A stretch of 64,000 bases of DNA from an uncultured Candidatus Rokubacteria bacterium. GTDB lineage: Bacteria > Methylomirabilota > Methylomirabilia > Rokubacteriales > CSP1-6. Below the pieces are notes generated by a model. The model did no database searches, had not been told where the DNA came from, and saw only the letters and a list, made by a program, of their open reading frames with translations. Position numbers and translations under genes: made by a program. The stretch lies in contig CAVWWD010000004.1 of the NCBI GenBank assembly GCA_963758635.1, forward strand, positions 32,001 through 96,000. The letters are read 5' to 3'. This document shows, piece by piece, positions 1-10,360 of this stretch. Every line of letters begins with the position of its first letter. Positions within the stretch are counted from its first letter, which is position 1.

Positions 1-1213
1 GCAGGCCAGCAGATGATAGGTCCCCGGTGGCGTTCTCGAATCCACCAAGACGGTCACGGCGCCCGTGGAGGCCGCGCCACCGGCCAGCCGGGGACAGCGC
101 GCGGCTCCCGACGAGGGGCACGTCATCCGGGCTCCTGACCGTGTCGGGTGACAGGTAGTAGCGGACCGTCGAGGCGCCGGCGCCGATCGAGCCCTGGTTC
201 TGGATCGTGTCGGTCACCGAGAACCGATCGCCGAGCAGGACCGTGAGCGGAGGGTCGGTGATGGCGGTCGCCGCGAGATCGGGCAGGACCACCGCCACCG
301 CCCAGACGGAGAAGACCGACCCGCCGGTGGCGCTGACCAGCGTCTGGGCGCCGGTCACCGCGTCCACACGAACGATGCCCTCGCCCCACTCGGCGATGAT
401 GATGCGGCCGGCCGCGTCGAGGGACTTTCCGAGCGCCTGTCTGATCAGGCCGCCCGAGCTGATCGCCGTCTGTGCCCCGGTGTCCGGATCCATGCGAACG
501 AGATCGCCGAGCTGGTTGGTCACGATGATCGAGCCGGCATCGTCGATCTCGATGCCGGTTCGCGGTCCGTACACCTCGGAGCTGACCAGGGTCTGGGCCC
601 CCGTGGCGGGATCGATGCGAACGACGCGGCTGCCCTCGAGCTCCGAGGCGTCGTCGACCACGATCCGCCCGCTCGCGTCGATGCCGATGTCCGTGGGCCC
701 GCGCAGGAGACCGTCCGCGCTGATCGACGTCTGGATGCCCGTGACGGGATCGACGCGGACGATGGCATTGCTCGCGGGGTCGCCGACGAGGATCTGCCCC
801 GTCGGCTCGATGGCGACGCCGTACGGCGCGATCAGCAGGCCCCCCGAGCTGATGAGCGTCTGGTTGCCCGTGGACGGATCGACGCGGATGAGGCCGGGGG
901 TCGGGTCCACCACGATGATCTGGCCGGCACTGTCGATCGCCAGGCCCTGGGGGCTGTCGAGGAGACCGCCCGAGCTGATGTTGGTCATGGCGCCGGTGAC
1001 GGGGTCCACGCGGACGACCAAGAAGGCGCCGGTGTAGTCAGTGGCCACGACGACGATGTCACCAGCTTGGAGGACAACGGCCTCGGCAGATCGGAACGGC
1101 GCCAGACCCGCGAGGAGGATCACCGCGAGCACGGTCCACCCCCGACAGCCGGATATGAGGATGGTCAGCGGCGCGCGACTCCCTGCAGCGAGCGAGCGTA
1201 TTCCTGTCCGCAT
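1..1213 (-). CDS. Secreted protein with NHL-like beta-propeller repeats and a CARDB-like Ig domain (runs off left edge)
   Basis: Not in the ORF track because it has no stop in the window. ATG at 1213 with GGGAGG upstream, signal-like N-terminus, ~40-aa repeats (RVDPxTGxQTxISxGGLLxxPxGxAI), then PDLAATAITDPP..VTDTIQNQG..STVRYYLS..PGTYHLLAC; one indel near 90. Confidence 0.8.
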   Translation of the reverse strand, partial: MRTGIRSLAAGSRAPLTILISGCRGWTVLAVILLAGLAPFRSAEAVVLQAGDIVVVATDYTGAFLVVRVDPVTGAMTNISSGGLLDSPQGLAIDSAGQIIVVDPTPGLIRVDPSTGNQTLISSGGLLIAPYGVAIEPTGQILVGDPASNAIVRVDPVTGIQTSISADGLLRGPTDIGIDASGRIVVDDASELEGSRVVRIDPATGAQTLVSSEVYGPRTGIEIDDAGSIIVTNQLGDLVRMDPDTGAQTAISSGGLIRQALGKSLDAAGRIIIAEWGEGIVRVDAVTGAQTLVSATGGSVFSVWAVAVVLPDLAATAITDPPLTVLLGDRFSVTDTIQNQGSIGAGASTVRYYLSPDTVRSPDDVPLVGSRALSPAGRWRGLHGRRDRLGGFENATGDLSSAGL

Positions 1214-1262
1214 TGTGGCCTCCCACCGCCGGGCCAGGCATGTCGTCTGCACTGGCAACCCG

Positions 1263-1277
1263 GCAAGTGGCGTGCCA
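1263..1277 (-). promoter_or_regulatory. sigma54 (-24/-12) promoter
   Basis: TGGCACGCCACTTGC matches TGGCACG-N4-TTGC exactly, 50 nt upstream of the ATG at 1213. Confidence 0.75.
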
Positions 1278-1456
1278 CTTCCTGATGCGCGGAAACACGC
1301 GGCAACGAAATGAGGGGTGGCGCGAACCCGCGGGCATTCCGCCCGAAGGGAAACCGCGCCGGGGCGCGCGCGCCCGCTCGCTGGCGTTCCGTATCGCCTC
1401 CCCGGTTCGGACGGCGACACGAGGACAGGGCGCGCCGGAAGCCTGGCCGCTAGATG

Positions 1457-2665
1457 TCAACGATCCGAGGGCGGAAGCGGCCCGGGCGAGGCCGCGTCGT
1501 GCGCGTAGAGCCAGGCGATGGCCTCGATCGAGCGGTCGCCGCGCGTGGCCATCTCCTCGTCCCGCGCCCGCTGGGCGGCGCCGTCGGGGAGATGGAAGCG
1601 CGTCTTGTTGACGCGCGACAGCTCCTGCAGGCGCGTGGCGCGCGGGCGACGGAGCGCCTCGTAGCGGAGGAGCGCCGCGGGCTCGTCGCCCGGGCCGGCG
1701 GCGGAGAGGCACGCGGTGAGGGTGGCGCCGTCCTCGATGGCCTGCGCCGCGCCCTGGGCCATGAACGGCAGCATCGCGTGGCACGCGTCGCCCAGCAGCG
1801 TGACCCGGCCCATCGTCCAGCGCGGAAGCGGCTCGCGGTCGAAGAGCGCCCACACGTACGTCTCGTCCACCGCGGCGATGATCTCTCGCACCTGCGGATG
1901 CCAGCCGTCGAACGCGGCGAGCGCGTCGGCCACCTCCCCGCGATCCGTCCACGACTCGCGCATCCAGGTGTCGCGCTCGTTGACGCCCACGAAGTTCAGG
2001 AGCCGGCCTCCCGCCACGAAGTAGTGCACGAAGTGACCGTGCGGGCCCATCCAGTTGCTGGACACCACCTCCACGCCGAGGTGGGCGATCCGCTCGGCGG
2101 GGACGAGCCCGCGGTACGCGATACAGCCCGTGAAGCGCGGGTGCTCGGGACCGAAGAGCGCGGCGCGCACGGTGGAGTGGATCCCGTCGGCGCCGACGAG
2201 CACGCCGGCCACGGCGCGCGCGCCGTGCTCGAACGTGAGCTCGACGCGGTCGCCCCGGTCCCCGAAGCCGGCGAGCCGATGCCCGGCGTGGAGCCGCTCG
2301 GGCGGGAGCGCGTCGACCAGGGCCTGCAGGAGGTCCGCGCGATGGAAGTGGTAGTACGGCGCGCCGAAGGCCGCGGCGACCTCGGGTCCGAGCGGCGCGC
2401 GCTGGAGCGTGCGGCCGTCGTCCCAGCGGCGCTGGTGGACGGCCACGGGACGCACGCCGGCGCGGTCCAGAGCCTCGCCCAGCCCGAACCCGTGCAGGAG
2501 GCGCGAGGCGTTCGGGCTGATCTGGATGCCCGCGCCCACCTCCTTGAAGGCCGCGGCCTGCTCGAACACGTGCACGTCGAAGCCGGCGCGCAGGAGCGCG
2601 AGAGCGGCGGCGAGACCTCCGATGCCGCCGCCGACGATGGCGACGGAGCGATCGTGCGCAAGCAT
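1457..2665 (-). CDS. FAD-dependent monooxygenase (salicylate hydroxylase / 6-hydroxynicotinate 3-monooxygenase family)
   Basis: GGGIGG, LVGADGIHS and LLGDACH..P..AQGA motifs; start placed at ATG 2665 inside the longer track ORF. Confidence 0.9.
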   Translation of the reverse strand: MLAHDRSVAIVGGGIGGLAAALALLRAGFDVHVFEQAAAFKEVGAGIQISPNASRLLHGFGLGEALDRAGVRPVAVHQRRWDDGRTLQRAPLGPEVAAAFGAPYYHFHRADLLQALVDALPPERLHAGHRLAGFGDRGDRVELTFEHGARAVAGVLVGADGIHSTVRAALFGPEHPRFTGCIAYRGLVPAERIAHLGVEVVSSNWMGPHGHFVHYFVAGGRLLNFVGVNERDTWMRESWTDRGEVADALAAFDGWHPQVREIIAAVDETYVWALFDREPLPRWTMGRVTLLGDACHAMLPFMAQGAAQAIEDGATLTACLSAAGPGDEPAALLRYEALRRPRATRLQELSRVNKTRFHLPDGAAQRARDEEMATRGDRSIEAIAWLYAHDAASPGPLPPSDR

Positions 2666-2759
2666 GGCGGGGCTACGGGCCGACGAGGTCCGTGGTGTCG
2701 GCGACCGCGCCCCTCGCCGCGCCCGGAATGCACGCCGACCGGCCCCGTCCCGCGTCGCG

Positions 2760-3136
2760 CCGCTCGCCGCGCGGCGCGCCGGCTGCACGCTCCGGATCTG
2801 CCTGAGCCCGTCCTGGACGAGACCGAACACCACCATCCATCCCACGAAGCCAATGGCGAGGTGCCGCGCGTAGAGCGGTGAGGGCAGAGGGGCGTTCCAG
2901 ATCATGTGGAGCACCACCGGGATGCAGAAGGGCTTCAGGAAGCGCGGATCCACCAGCATCTTCACGCCGAGCGGGCGGTCGCCCTTGACCTTCCAGAGGG
3001 CGCCGGCGGCGATGGCCGTCCACGCCACGTGCCCGAACGGACTCAGGAACGCGCGGAGGTGGATCACGCCGGTGGCGGCGTCGAGCGTGCGCTCGCGCAT
3101 CAGCGTGTTGATCGATCCCGCCTCCCCTCGTGACAC
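2760..3136 (-). pseudogene. C-terminal fragment of a PrsW-family intramembrane protease
   Basis: RAFLSPFGHVAWTAIAAGALW and VVLHMIWN motifs; the N-terminal EExxK half is absent. Confidence 0.65.
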
Positions 3137-3317
3137 CCCACGACACCGCGAGGTCGCGCGCCGCGGCGACCCTTCGCCGCCGGCGCATCGGAGCTTATTG
3201 CCGGGCTCGCCGTCGCGTCAAGGCGCGGGAGCCCCGCGTCACGGCGCCGGCCGTGGCGTCACGGCGCGGGCCGATCTGGTAGAGTGTCCGGCATCTCGAC
3301 CGACGCGAGGTGACGAC

Positions 3318-4484
3318 ATGGCGTTGAAGTTCGGGGTGTTCGACCACATCGAGCCGGTGCCGGGGCTGCGTCTGGACCGCATCTATCGCGAGCGTCTCGT
3401 CCAGATCGAGCGGCTCGACGCCCACGGCTTCTACGCCTACCACCTGGCCGAGCACCACACGCCGGCCATTCACAGCCTGGCCCCCTCCCAGAACGTGTTC
3501 CTGGCCAGCGTGGCCCAGCGCACGCGCCGGCTTCGCTTCGGCCCCTGCGTGTACGTGCTGCCGCTGCACCATCCGCTCCGCCTGATCGAAGAGATCAGCA
3601 TGCTCGACAACCTGAGCGACGGCCGGCTCGAGATCGGGGTGGGCCGCGGCGGCGTGATGGAGGCGTACTTCTGGGGGCAGGAGGCCGACCCCGAGACGAA
3701 CTACGCCCGCTACTGCGAGACCCTCGACATCCTCCGCGAGGGCCTGAGCCACGACCGGCTGAGCTACTCCGGTCGCTTCCACAGCTTCGAGGACCTGCCC
3801 ATGTACCTCGCGCCGCTCCAGAAGCCGTACCCGCCGCTCTGGTACATGCGCAACGCGGTGACCGCGGCGATGGAGGGCATGCACACCATCCTGGTCGGCT
3901 CGCTCGACAGCCTGAAGGCCGAGGTCCCGCGGTATCACGCCGCCTGGCAGGAGCACCAGGGGACGGGCGCGCTCACCGTGCAGGGCGAGGAGCCGATGAT
4001 CGGCCTCGTCGTCCACCTGGTGGTGGCGGAGTCCGACGACGAGGCCATCCGGCTGGCCACGCCGGCCTGGGAGAAGTACCGCTGGAACCTGGCCGCGCCG
4101 CGCCGGCTCGAGGCCGAGCGCCGCGGGCTCACCCAGTTCATGCAGACCAAGGACGGATCGTTCGGCTTCGTCGGCGAACGCCCCGCGGGCCTGCCCGCCC
4201 GCGAGATGCGCCGCGACATCAGCGCGGAGATCGAGCGCTTCGACCACCAGGCCCGGCGCGAGCACCCGAATCGGCTCGGCGGGGTGGCGCTTGCCGGCTC
4301 GCCCACCGCGGTGCGCGAGTACATGGACGAGTACCTCGCCACGGGCGCGAACTACTTCGTGTGCTCCTTCCAGTGGGGCGACCTCGGGCACGACACGGCC
4401 ATGCGCTCGATCGAGCTGTTCGCCTCCGAGGTGATGCCGCACTACGCGGCCCGCCCGGAAACGGGCGCGCCCGTCACACGCTGA
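3318..4484 (+). CDS. LLM-class flavin-dependent oxidoreductase
   Basis: KFGVFDH, AEHH, PLHHPLRLIEEISMLDNLSDGRLEIGVGRG; GAGGTG upstream of ATG 3318. Confidence 0.9.
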   Translation: MALKFGVFDHIEPVPGLRLDRIYRERLVQIERLDAHGFYAYHLAEHHTPAIHSLAPSQNVFLASVAQRTRRLRFGPCVYVLPLHHPLRLIEEISMLDNLSDGRLEIGVGRGGVMEAYFWGQEADPETNYARYCETLDILREGLSHDRLSYSGRFHSFEDLPMYLAPLQKPYPPLWYMRNAVTAAMEGMHTILVGSLDSLKAEVPRYHAAWQEHQGTGALTVQGEEPMIGLVVHLVVAESDDEAIRLATPAWEKYRWNLAAPRRLEAERRGLTQFMQTKDGSFGFVGERPAGLPAREMRRDISAEIERFDHQARREHPNRLGGVALAGSPTAVREYMDEYLATGANYFVCSFQWGDLGHDTAMRSIELFASEVMPHYAARPETGAPVTR

Positions 4485-5620
4485 AGCGGAGTCCCCGCCG
4501 GAAGAGCGGCCACGCCAGGAGCGTCCACACCAGGCACGTTGCCGGCCGCCCAGGCCAGCGAGGCCAGCGCGGGCGACGGGAACCCGCCGGCGACGGCGTC
4601 GAAGAGCACGGCCTGGAGCGGACGCGGGCGCCCGGCGTCCATCACCTTGGTGACCACGAGCATCCGCGCGGCGAGCGTCGAGAGGAAGAAGATCCCGAGC
4701 GCGTTCACGCCGAGCGCGGCGAGGGGCGGCGTCCACCAGCGCGAGCCGCGCACCTCGATCACCCAGTAGCAGGCGGCCAGCGCGATCAGCGCCGCGCCCG
4801 CCGTGAACAGCACGTAGGACCCGGTCCACAGCGACTTGTTGATCGGGTGCGAGAGGCCCCAGGCGAGGCCGAGGACGCCGCTCGCGACGCCGGCGCCCGC
4901 GAGCCCCGCCATCATCCGGCCGGCCGACCCCGCGCCGCGCATCCACTGCCCGGCGAGGGCGCCGGCGAGCGTGGTGGCGATCGCCGGCACCGTGCTCAGG
5001 ATGCCCTCGGGGTCGTAGACCCGCCCCACGCGCCAGATGTGCGGCCCGAGCACCGTCCGGTCGATCCACGCCGCGAGGTTGCCTTCCTTCCCCAGGTCGC
5101 CCGCGCCGAACCCCGGCACCGGCACCAGCGTGAGCGCGGCCCAGTAGCCGGCGAGCGCGGCGCACGCCACCACGAGCTGACCGCGCCAGCCCGCCCGGAG
5201 GAAGACGAGCGCGGCGGCCAGGTAGCAGACGGCGATCCGCTGGAGCACCCCGGGGATGCGGATCGTCGAGAAGTCGAACGACGGGATGGCGTGCAGCAAG
5301 AGGCCCAGCGCGAAGATCACCGTGGCCCGCCGGAGCGCGCGCGCCGCGAGGGTCGAGCGCGCCTCGCCCGCCTCGCGGCGCCGGCCCAGCGCGAAGGCGA
5401 TCGACACGCCGACGATGAACAGGAAGAAGGGGAAGACCAGGTCCGTGGGCGTCCAGCCGTGCCAGTCGGCGTGCTGGAGCGGCGGATACACGTGCCGCCA
5501 CGAGCCCGGGTTGTTCACCAGCACCATGCCCGCGACGGTGGCGCCGCGGAAGACGTCGAGTGACAGGAGCCGCGGGGCGGCCGGGGCGCTCCGACCCGCT
5601 TCGCCTCCGGCCGTCACCAC
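4474..5620 (-). CDS. DUF5009/NagX-like (HGSNAT-like) membrane acyltransferase
   Basis: RLLSLDVFRG, LVNNPGSW, GVLQRIA, DPEGILS, PINKSLWT; late frameshift, likely true stop at 4474. Confidence 0.85.
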
Positions 5621-5642
5621 CGGCGCCCGGCTCCCGGCGCGC

Positions 5643-6689
5643 TCAGGTCGTCGGGCGCGTCCCGGCGAGGTCGGCCATCAGCTCGACGGCCTCCGCCTGC
5701 TGCGTGGAGACCGACATGCCGGTGATGCCGCAGTCGGCCCACGCGCGGTAGCGCTCGCGGATGCGCGCGGCCGGCCCGACCAGCGCGCCCTCGTCCACGA
5801 ACTCGTCGGGCACCGCGGCGACCGCCTCGTCCTTCCGGCCCGCGAGGTAGAGCTCCTGGATGCGCGCGGCGGCGTCGCCGTAGCCGCGCTCGACCATCAT
5901 GTCGTTGTGGAAGTTCTTCGACCGGTGGCCCATGCCGCCCACGTAGAGCGCCACGCGCGGCTTGAGCGAGGCCAGCGCGCCGCGCACGTCGTCGGTGATC
6001 ATCACGGCCACGCCGGGCTGGATCTCGAGGTCGCGGATCGACTTGCCGCCGCCCGCGCGCCGGAGGCCCTCGTCGAGCAGCGGCCGGAGCTTCGGCATCC
6101 GGGCGGGGGTGAACCCGAGCGGCAGCCAGCCGTCCGCGACCTGCGCGGTCAGCCGGATGTTGGCCGGCGTGCCGGTCCCGAGCCAGATCGGGATGTTCGG
6201 GCCCATGTGCAGGATGGAAGTCAGCGGCTTGCCGAGCCCGGTGGCGCCCGGCCCGGAGTAGGGGAGCGAGATCTCCTGGCCCTCGTGGCTCACCGGGCCC
6301 TTGCGCTCGAAGATCTTCCGCATGATCGCCACGTAGTCGTGGAGCCGCCAGTGCGGCCGGCCCCACGGCTGCCCGTACCAGCCCTCGACGATCTGCGGCC
6401 CGGAGACGCCGAGGCCGGCGATGGCGCGGCCGCCACCGGCGAGCGCGTCCAGCGTGCCGATGGCCATGGCCGCGGCCGCCGGCGTGCGCGCGGCGAGCTG
6501 CATGATGCCCGTGCCGAGGCGGATGCGCGTGGTCCGCGCGGCCAGGTAGGCGAGCGGCGTGATCGCGTCCGACCCGTAGGCCTCCGCCGTCCACACGGAG
6601 TCGTAGCCGAGCCGCTCCGCGAGCAGGACGCGTTCCAGCGGCAGGCGCATCTGCGCGCCCGAGTAGCCGATGCTGAGACCGAGCTTCAT
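5643..6689 (-). CDS. LLM-class, probably F420-dependent oxidoreductase (Rv3520c-like)
   Basis: WTAEAYGSDA, GLGVSGPQIVEGWYG, YVGGMG motifs. Confidence 0.85.
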   Translation of the reverse strand: MKLGLSIGYSGAQMRLPLERVLLAERLGYDSVWTAEAYGSDAITPLAYLAARTTRIRLGTGIMQLAARTPAAAAMAIGTLDALAGGGRAIAGLGVSGPQIVEGWYGQPWGRPHWRLHDYVAIMRKIFERKGPVSHEGQEISLPYSGPGATGLGKPLTSILHMGPNIPIWLGTGTPANIRLTAQVADGWLPLGFTPARMPKLRPLLDEGLRRAGGGKSIRDLEIQPGVAVMITDDVRGALASLKPRVALYVGGMGHRSKNFHNDMMVERGYGDAAARIQELYLAGRKDEAVAAVPDEFVDEGALVGPAARIRERYRAWADCGITGMSVSTQQAEAVELMADLAGTRPTT

Positions 6690-6747
6690 CGTTGTCTCCT
6701 TTTCCGTGTCCTGGTGTCGAACGTGATGTGCGGCGTCAAGTCGGCGC

Positions 6748-6820
6748 CTATCTGTAGGCGTCGCTCCGGTGTCGTACGATCCCGGATGTCGACAACGCGC
6801 GCATTGTCGTCGTCAGCCAC
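6748..6820 (-). pseudogene. RelE/ParE toxin remnant (internal deletion)
   Basis: GTG overlaps the antitoxin 3' end; reads MAD-DDNARVVDI.IVRHRSDAYR* with one indel, a RelE-type C-terminus only. Confidence 0.6.
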
Positions 6821-7006
6821 GCCGCCGCCGGCGTCCGAGCACACGCCGCTTCACCGCCTCTAGGCGCTCGCGGGGCTCAGAGGCTCGCTGCTCGGCCAGA
6901 GCGCGATCGTAAAAGTCTTCCCAGAGCCGCGCCTGCTCTTGAGATCGATCTGGACCGCAGTCTTGCGGCCAGTGCCATCCACGAGAAACCGGACCCCTCG
7001 AACCAT
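6813..7006 (-). CDS. Putative type II antitoxin (one frameshift)
   Basis: GGGAGG RBS; repaired reading MVRGVRFLVDGTGRKTAVQIDLK.QARLWEDFYDRALAEQRASEPRERLEAVKRRVLGRRRRG*, directly upstream of the RelE remnant. Confidence 0.65.
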
Positions 7007-7029
7007 GCTCTAGGCCTCCCTGCTTCGAC

Positions 7030-7113
7030 GCTGAATGCGCACGTTCACCTACGACGGACCGAGTGACCGAAGGGAACGAGGCTCAGAGTCAGGTGCGAAC
7101 GACCTCGTTCGGC
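7030..7113 (-). mobile_element. Degenerate attC site
   Basis: GCCGAAC..GTTCGCACCTGAC..CCTTCGG loop..GTAGGTGAAC..ATTCAGC (R' GTT decayed to ATT); upstream cassette start GTTAGGC (7287-7281) is 6/7 complementary to GCCGAAC. Confidence 0.6.
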
Positions 7114-7384
7114 CGGCGAATTGAGGCATGGTCGATCGAGCCCGTGGAAGTTGGGCGGGTGTTGCGATCTCCTGGATCGTCTCGCACCGGTAACGCGGAT
7201 CCTGCGTCCGTGTGCTCGCCGTCGTCCCAGGTATGTCTCACCGCGAGGCATTTGATGAAGATTTCCATCACTGGCTCGCAGCCTAACGTTCAGGCCTTTG
7301 TCCGTCGTGCGTCGAGCATGGCGGATGAAACCAGTTGTACGTAAACCCGTCGCTGCATGGCGTACGAGGATTCTACATGCAGCA

Positions 7385-7625
7385 GCCGCAGATATGGATG
7401 GTCATCCGGTCGACGTCGAGATCGGCCACCTTGAGGGCGACGAGCCGCTGACGCGGCGGCCGGCAGCGCAGGTGGTGGCGAGCACGAGTGATCGCGGGGA
7501 TGGGAGCAGCGTTGGGCAGGCGCCAGACTTCCTCCCGACGCAGGATGTCCGGCAGCTTCGGCTGCTTGGGCGCCGGGACGTGGAACGCGTCTTCTCGCGC
7601 CCGAGCGTCACGTGGTAGACCGCCG
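7385..7625 (-). pseudogene. Tyrosine recombinase fragment (type found with IS91-like elements)
   Basis: YHVTLGRE..PKQPKLPDILRREEVWRL..LVALKVADLDVDRMTIHI across frameshifts. Confidence 0.7.
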
Positions 7626-7664
7626 TTGCAGCATATCCGGCCGCATGTACCTGGGACGTAGCAA

Positions 7665-7740
7665 AGCGGCTCAGCATCCAGGCCGGCCGGGGCGCGCACG
7701 GTGACGGGCCGAGATTGAGAACGTGCGTGCGAATCATCCA
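7665..7740 (-). pseudogene. intI: Integron integrase C-terminal remnant
   Basis: MIRTHVLNLGPS.VRAPA resembles the IntI terminus MIYTHVLNRG..VRSP. Confidence 0.6.
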
Positions 7741-7836
7741 GATCAGGCGCTTCTGGGCGCCCGCGCGCGAGGCGTCGTCGAGCTCGCCCGACTCCGGGCG
7801 CGCGGCGCGCCTGGCTCGCGGGCGATGGCGCACCCG

Positions 7837-7866
7837 TTGACACGCGGCGGGCGCGGCCCGTACCCT
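7837..7866 (+). promoter_or_regulatory. sigma70-type promoter, probably leaderless
   Basis: TTGACA-18-TACCCT, ATG 8 nt later, no SD. Confidence 0.55.
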
Positions 7867-7874
7867 TGGGGCCC

Positions 7875-9121
7875 ATGAAGATCAGCGCGTTCCACCTCAT
7901 GCCGCATCGCGAGCTGCCGGCCGACTTCGAGAAGCGCTACGAGTCCGTGTGGGTCACGCCACCGTGGTGGGAGCTGGCCGACGCGCGCCGGGTGGGCCAG
8001 TACTACAACTGGACGCTCGACGAGCTGCTCCACGCCGCGCACAGCGGGTTCGACGGCGTCTGCACCAACGAGCACCACCAGAACGCGTACGGGTTCATGC
8101 CGAGCCCGAACCTCATGGGCAGCGTGCTCGCCAAGGCCACCAACGGCATGCCGGTGGCCATCGTGCAGATGGGCGCGACCCTGCCGACCTCGAACCCGCC
8201 GATCCGCGTGGCCGAGGAATACGCCATGCTCGACTGCATCAGCGGCGGCCGTCTCGTGGCCGGCCTGCCGCTCGGCAGCCCCATGGACGTGAACCTCTGC
8301 TACGGCATCACGCCGATGGAGCACCGCGAGCGCTATCGCGAGGCGTTCGCGCTCACGCTCAAGGCGTGGCAGGCGCGCGAGATCTTCACGTGGAACGGCC
8401 GCTACCAGCAGCTCGCCACCGTGAACCTCTGGCCGCGGCCCGTGCAGCAGCCGCACCCGCCGGTGTGGGTGCCGGGCTCCGGCAGCATCAGCACCTTCGA
8501 CTTCGCGGTGGACCACGACGTCTGCTACTGCTTCCTGAGCTACTCCGGCGCGCGGTCGGCCAAGTCGATGATGGACGCGTACTGGGACGTGGTGGCGCGC
8601 AAGGGGCGGGAGACGAATCCGTACCGCGCGGGCTTCCTCCAGCTCGTGGCCGTATCGGAGACCGACGCGCAGGCCGAGAAGGACTACGCGTCGCACGTCG
8701 AGTACTTCTACCACAAGTGCCTGCACGTGCCGGCGCCGTGGTTCTCGCCGCCCGGCAACCAGGACTACCGGAGCCTCGTCGCCAGCATGAAGAACCCGGT
8801 GCGGCGGCCCGAGAACCCCAAGGAGCTCCGCTACCGCGACTTCGTGGACAAGGGCTACGTCATCGCGGGAGCCCCGCCACCGTGCGCGAGCGGCTCGAGC
8901 ACGAGGTGGTCCGGAGCCTCAACGTCGGCAACCTGATGCTGCTGATCCAGATCGGCTCCATGCCGCACGAGCTCGCCCTGAAGAACACCACACTCCTCGG
9001 GCAGGAGGTGCTGCCGCATCTCCGCGGGATCTGGGAGGACGAGGGCTGGGTGAACCACTGGTGGCCGGAGAGCCTGCGCACGCGTCAGGCCACGCCGGAG
9101 CCGGTGGGCGCGCGCGCCTGA
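7875..9121 (+). CDS. LLM-class flavin-dependent oxidoreductase (frameshift ~8870)
   Basis: NEHHQNAYG, RVAEEYAMLDCISGGRL; C-terminus continues in the 7949..9121 frame. Confidence 0.85.
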
Positions 9122-9927
9122 CCGGAGTCGTCCCATCGACGCGCGCGAGCAGGTCGTTCCCGTCTGGCGGGGCCAGGTCCGCCTGCGGGTCCTCTCGAAA
9201 GGCAGCGGCCCCGACGTGGTCTTCTTCCACGGCCCGTGGGGCCTCCGCTGGGATCCGTTCCTCGACGCCCTCGCCCGGAGCTTCACCGTCCACGCGCCCG
9301 AGCACCCGGGGACGAGCCCGGGCCAGCCTGGCGACATCGGGCACCTCGACGGCCTGTGGGATCTCGTCCTCTGCTACCAGGAGATGCTCGACGGGCTCGG
9401 CCTCCAGCGCGCCGCCCTCGTCGGCCATTCCTTCGGCGGCATGGTCGCGTGCGAGCTGGCCGCCGCCTACCCCGACCGCGTCAGCCGCCTGGCCCTCGTG
9501 GACGCGCTCGGGCTCTGGCGCGACGACGCCCCGATCACGAACTGGGCGCTCTTCGGCCTCGACCAGATCCCGGGCATGGTCTTCCGTGACGGCAAGGGAG
9601 AGGCCGCGGGCCAGCTCTTCGGGTCGGCGCCGGACGGCGAGGCGCGGGTCATGGAGCGCGTGCAGGTGATGTGGGCGATGGGCGCCACCGGGAAGTTCAT
9701 CTGGCCCATCCCCGACAAGGGCCTGGAAAGCGCATCCACCGCGTCAAGGCGCCCGCGCTGATTGTGTGGGGGAAGGACGACCGCCTCGTCCCGCCGCTCT
9801 ACGCCGACGAGTTCGCCAGCCGGCTGCCGGCGCCCGCGTGGAGACGGTGGCGGGCGCCGGCCACGCGCCGCACCTCGAGCAGCCGGACGCGGTGGCCGGG
9901 CTGATCCGGGACTTCCTCAGCCGCTGA
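9118..9927 (+). CDS. Alpha/beta hydrolase (frameshifted; start approximate)
   Basis: GHSFGG nucleophile elbow, WGKDDRLVP, GHAPHLE spread over frames. Confidence 0.8.
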
Positions 9928-10180
9928 CCGCGCCGCTCCGCCCGGAGAGGCGCCGCCGCACGACGTACCGTCACACGACGCTCCATGCCAGGATCGCGGC
10001 GAGGGTCGCGCGCGTGCCTGACATCGTCCCGCGCCAGAGCACCCGCGAGAGGGACTCGGTGGCAGTGCGAGGCGAGCCCGAAGGGCGAGGTGAGCGTATA
10101 TGGGGATGCAGTGGAAGCGACCGCAGCGCCATCGGAAGCGCGTAGAAGGGAATGTGGCAGCAACCGAAGCGCCCAGGGTA

Positions 10181-10209
10181 TTGACAAGCCCCCGGCCCCG
10201 GCGTAGCGT
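10181..10209 (+). promoter_or_regulatory. sigma70-type promoter for the ABC/acyl-CoA ligase operon
   Basis: TTGACA-17-TAGCGT. Confidence 0.6.
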
Positions 10210-10360
10210 CCGCTCACTCGTGCAGTGATCCGTCCGGCCCTGCGGGGGGAACATGCCCTGGATCGGGTTTCTGGATCGCTCCCCGTCCCTGTTTCCGGTC
10301 CCCGCGGCCGCCGCCGGCGCGCCGCGCCCTGTCCCGCGCCGCCCCCGCGGCCCTGACCCG

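Noticed and set aside
207..1037. Plus-strand 276-aa repetitive ORF
   Set aside because: Antisense shadow of the real minus-strand propeller gene.
1320..1450. Hairpins upstream of the secreted protein as a c-di-GMP riboswitch
   Set aside because: Lacks the conserved class I/II motifs and lies upstream of the sigma54 promoter.
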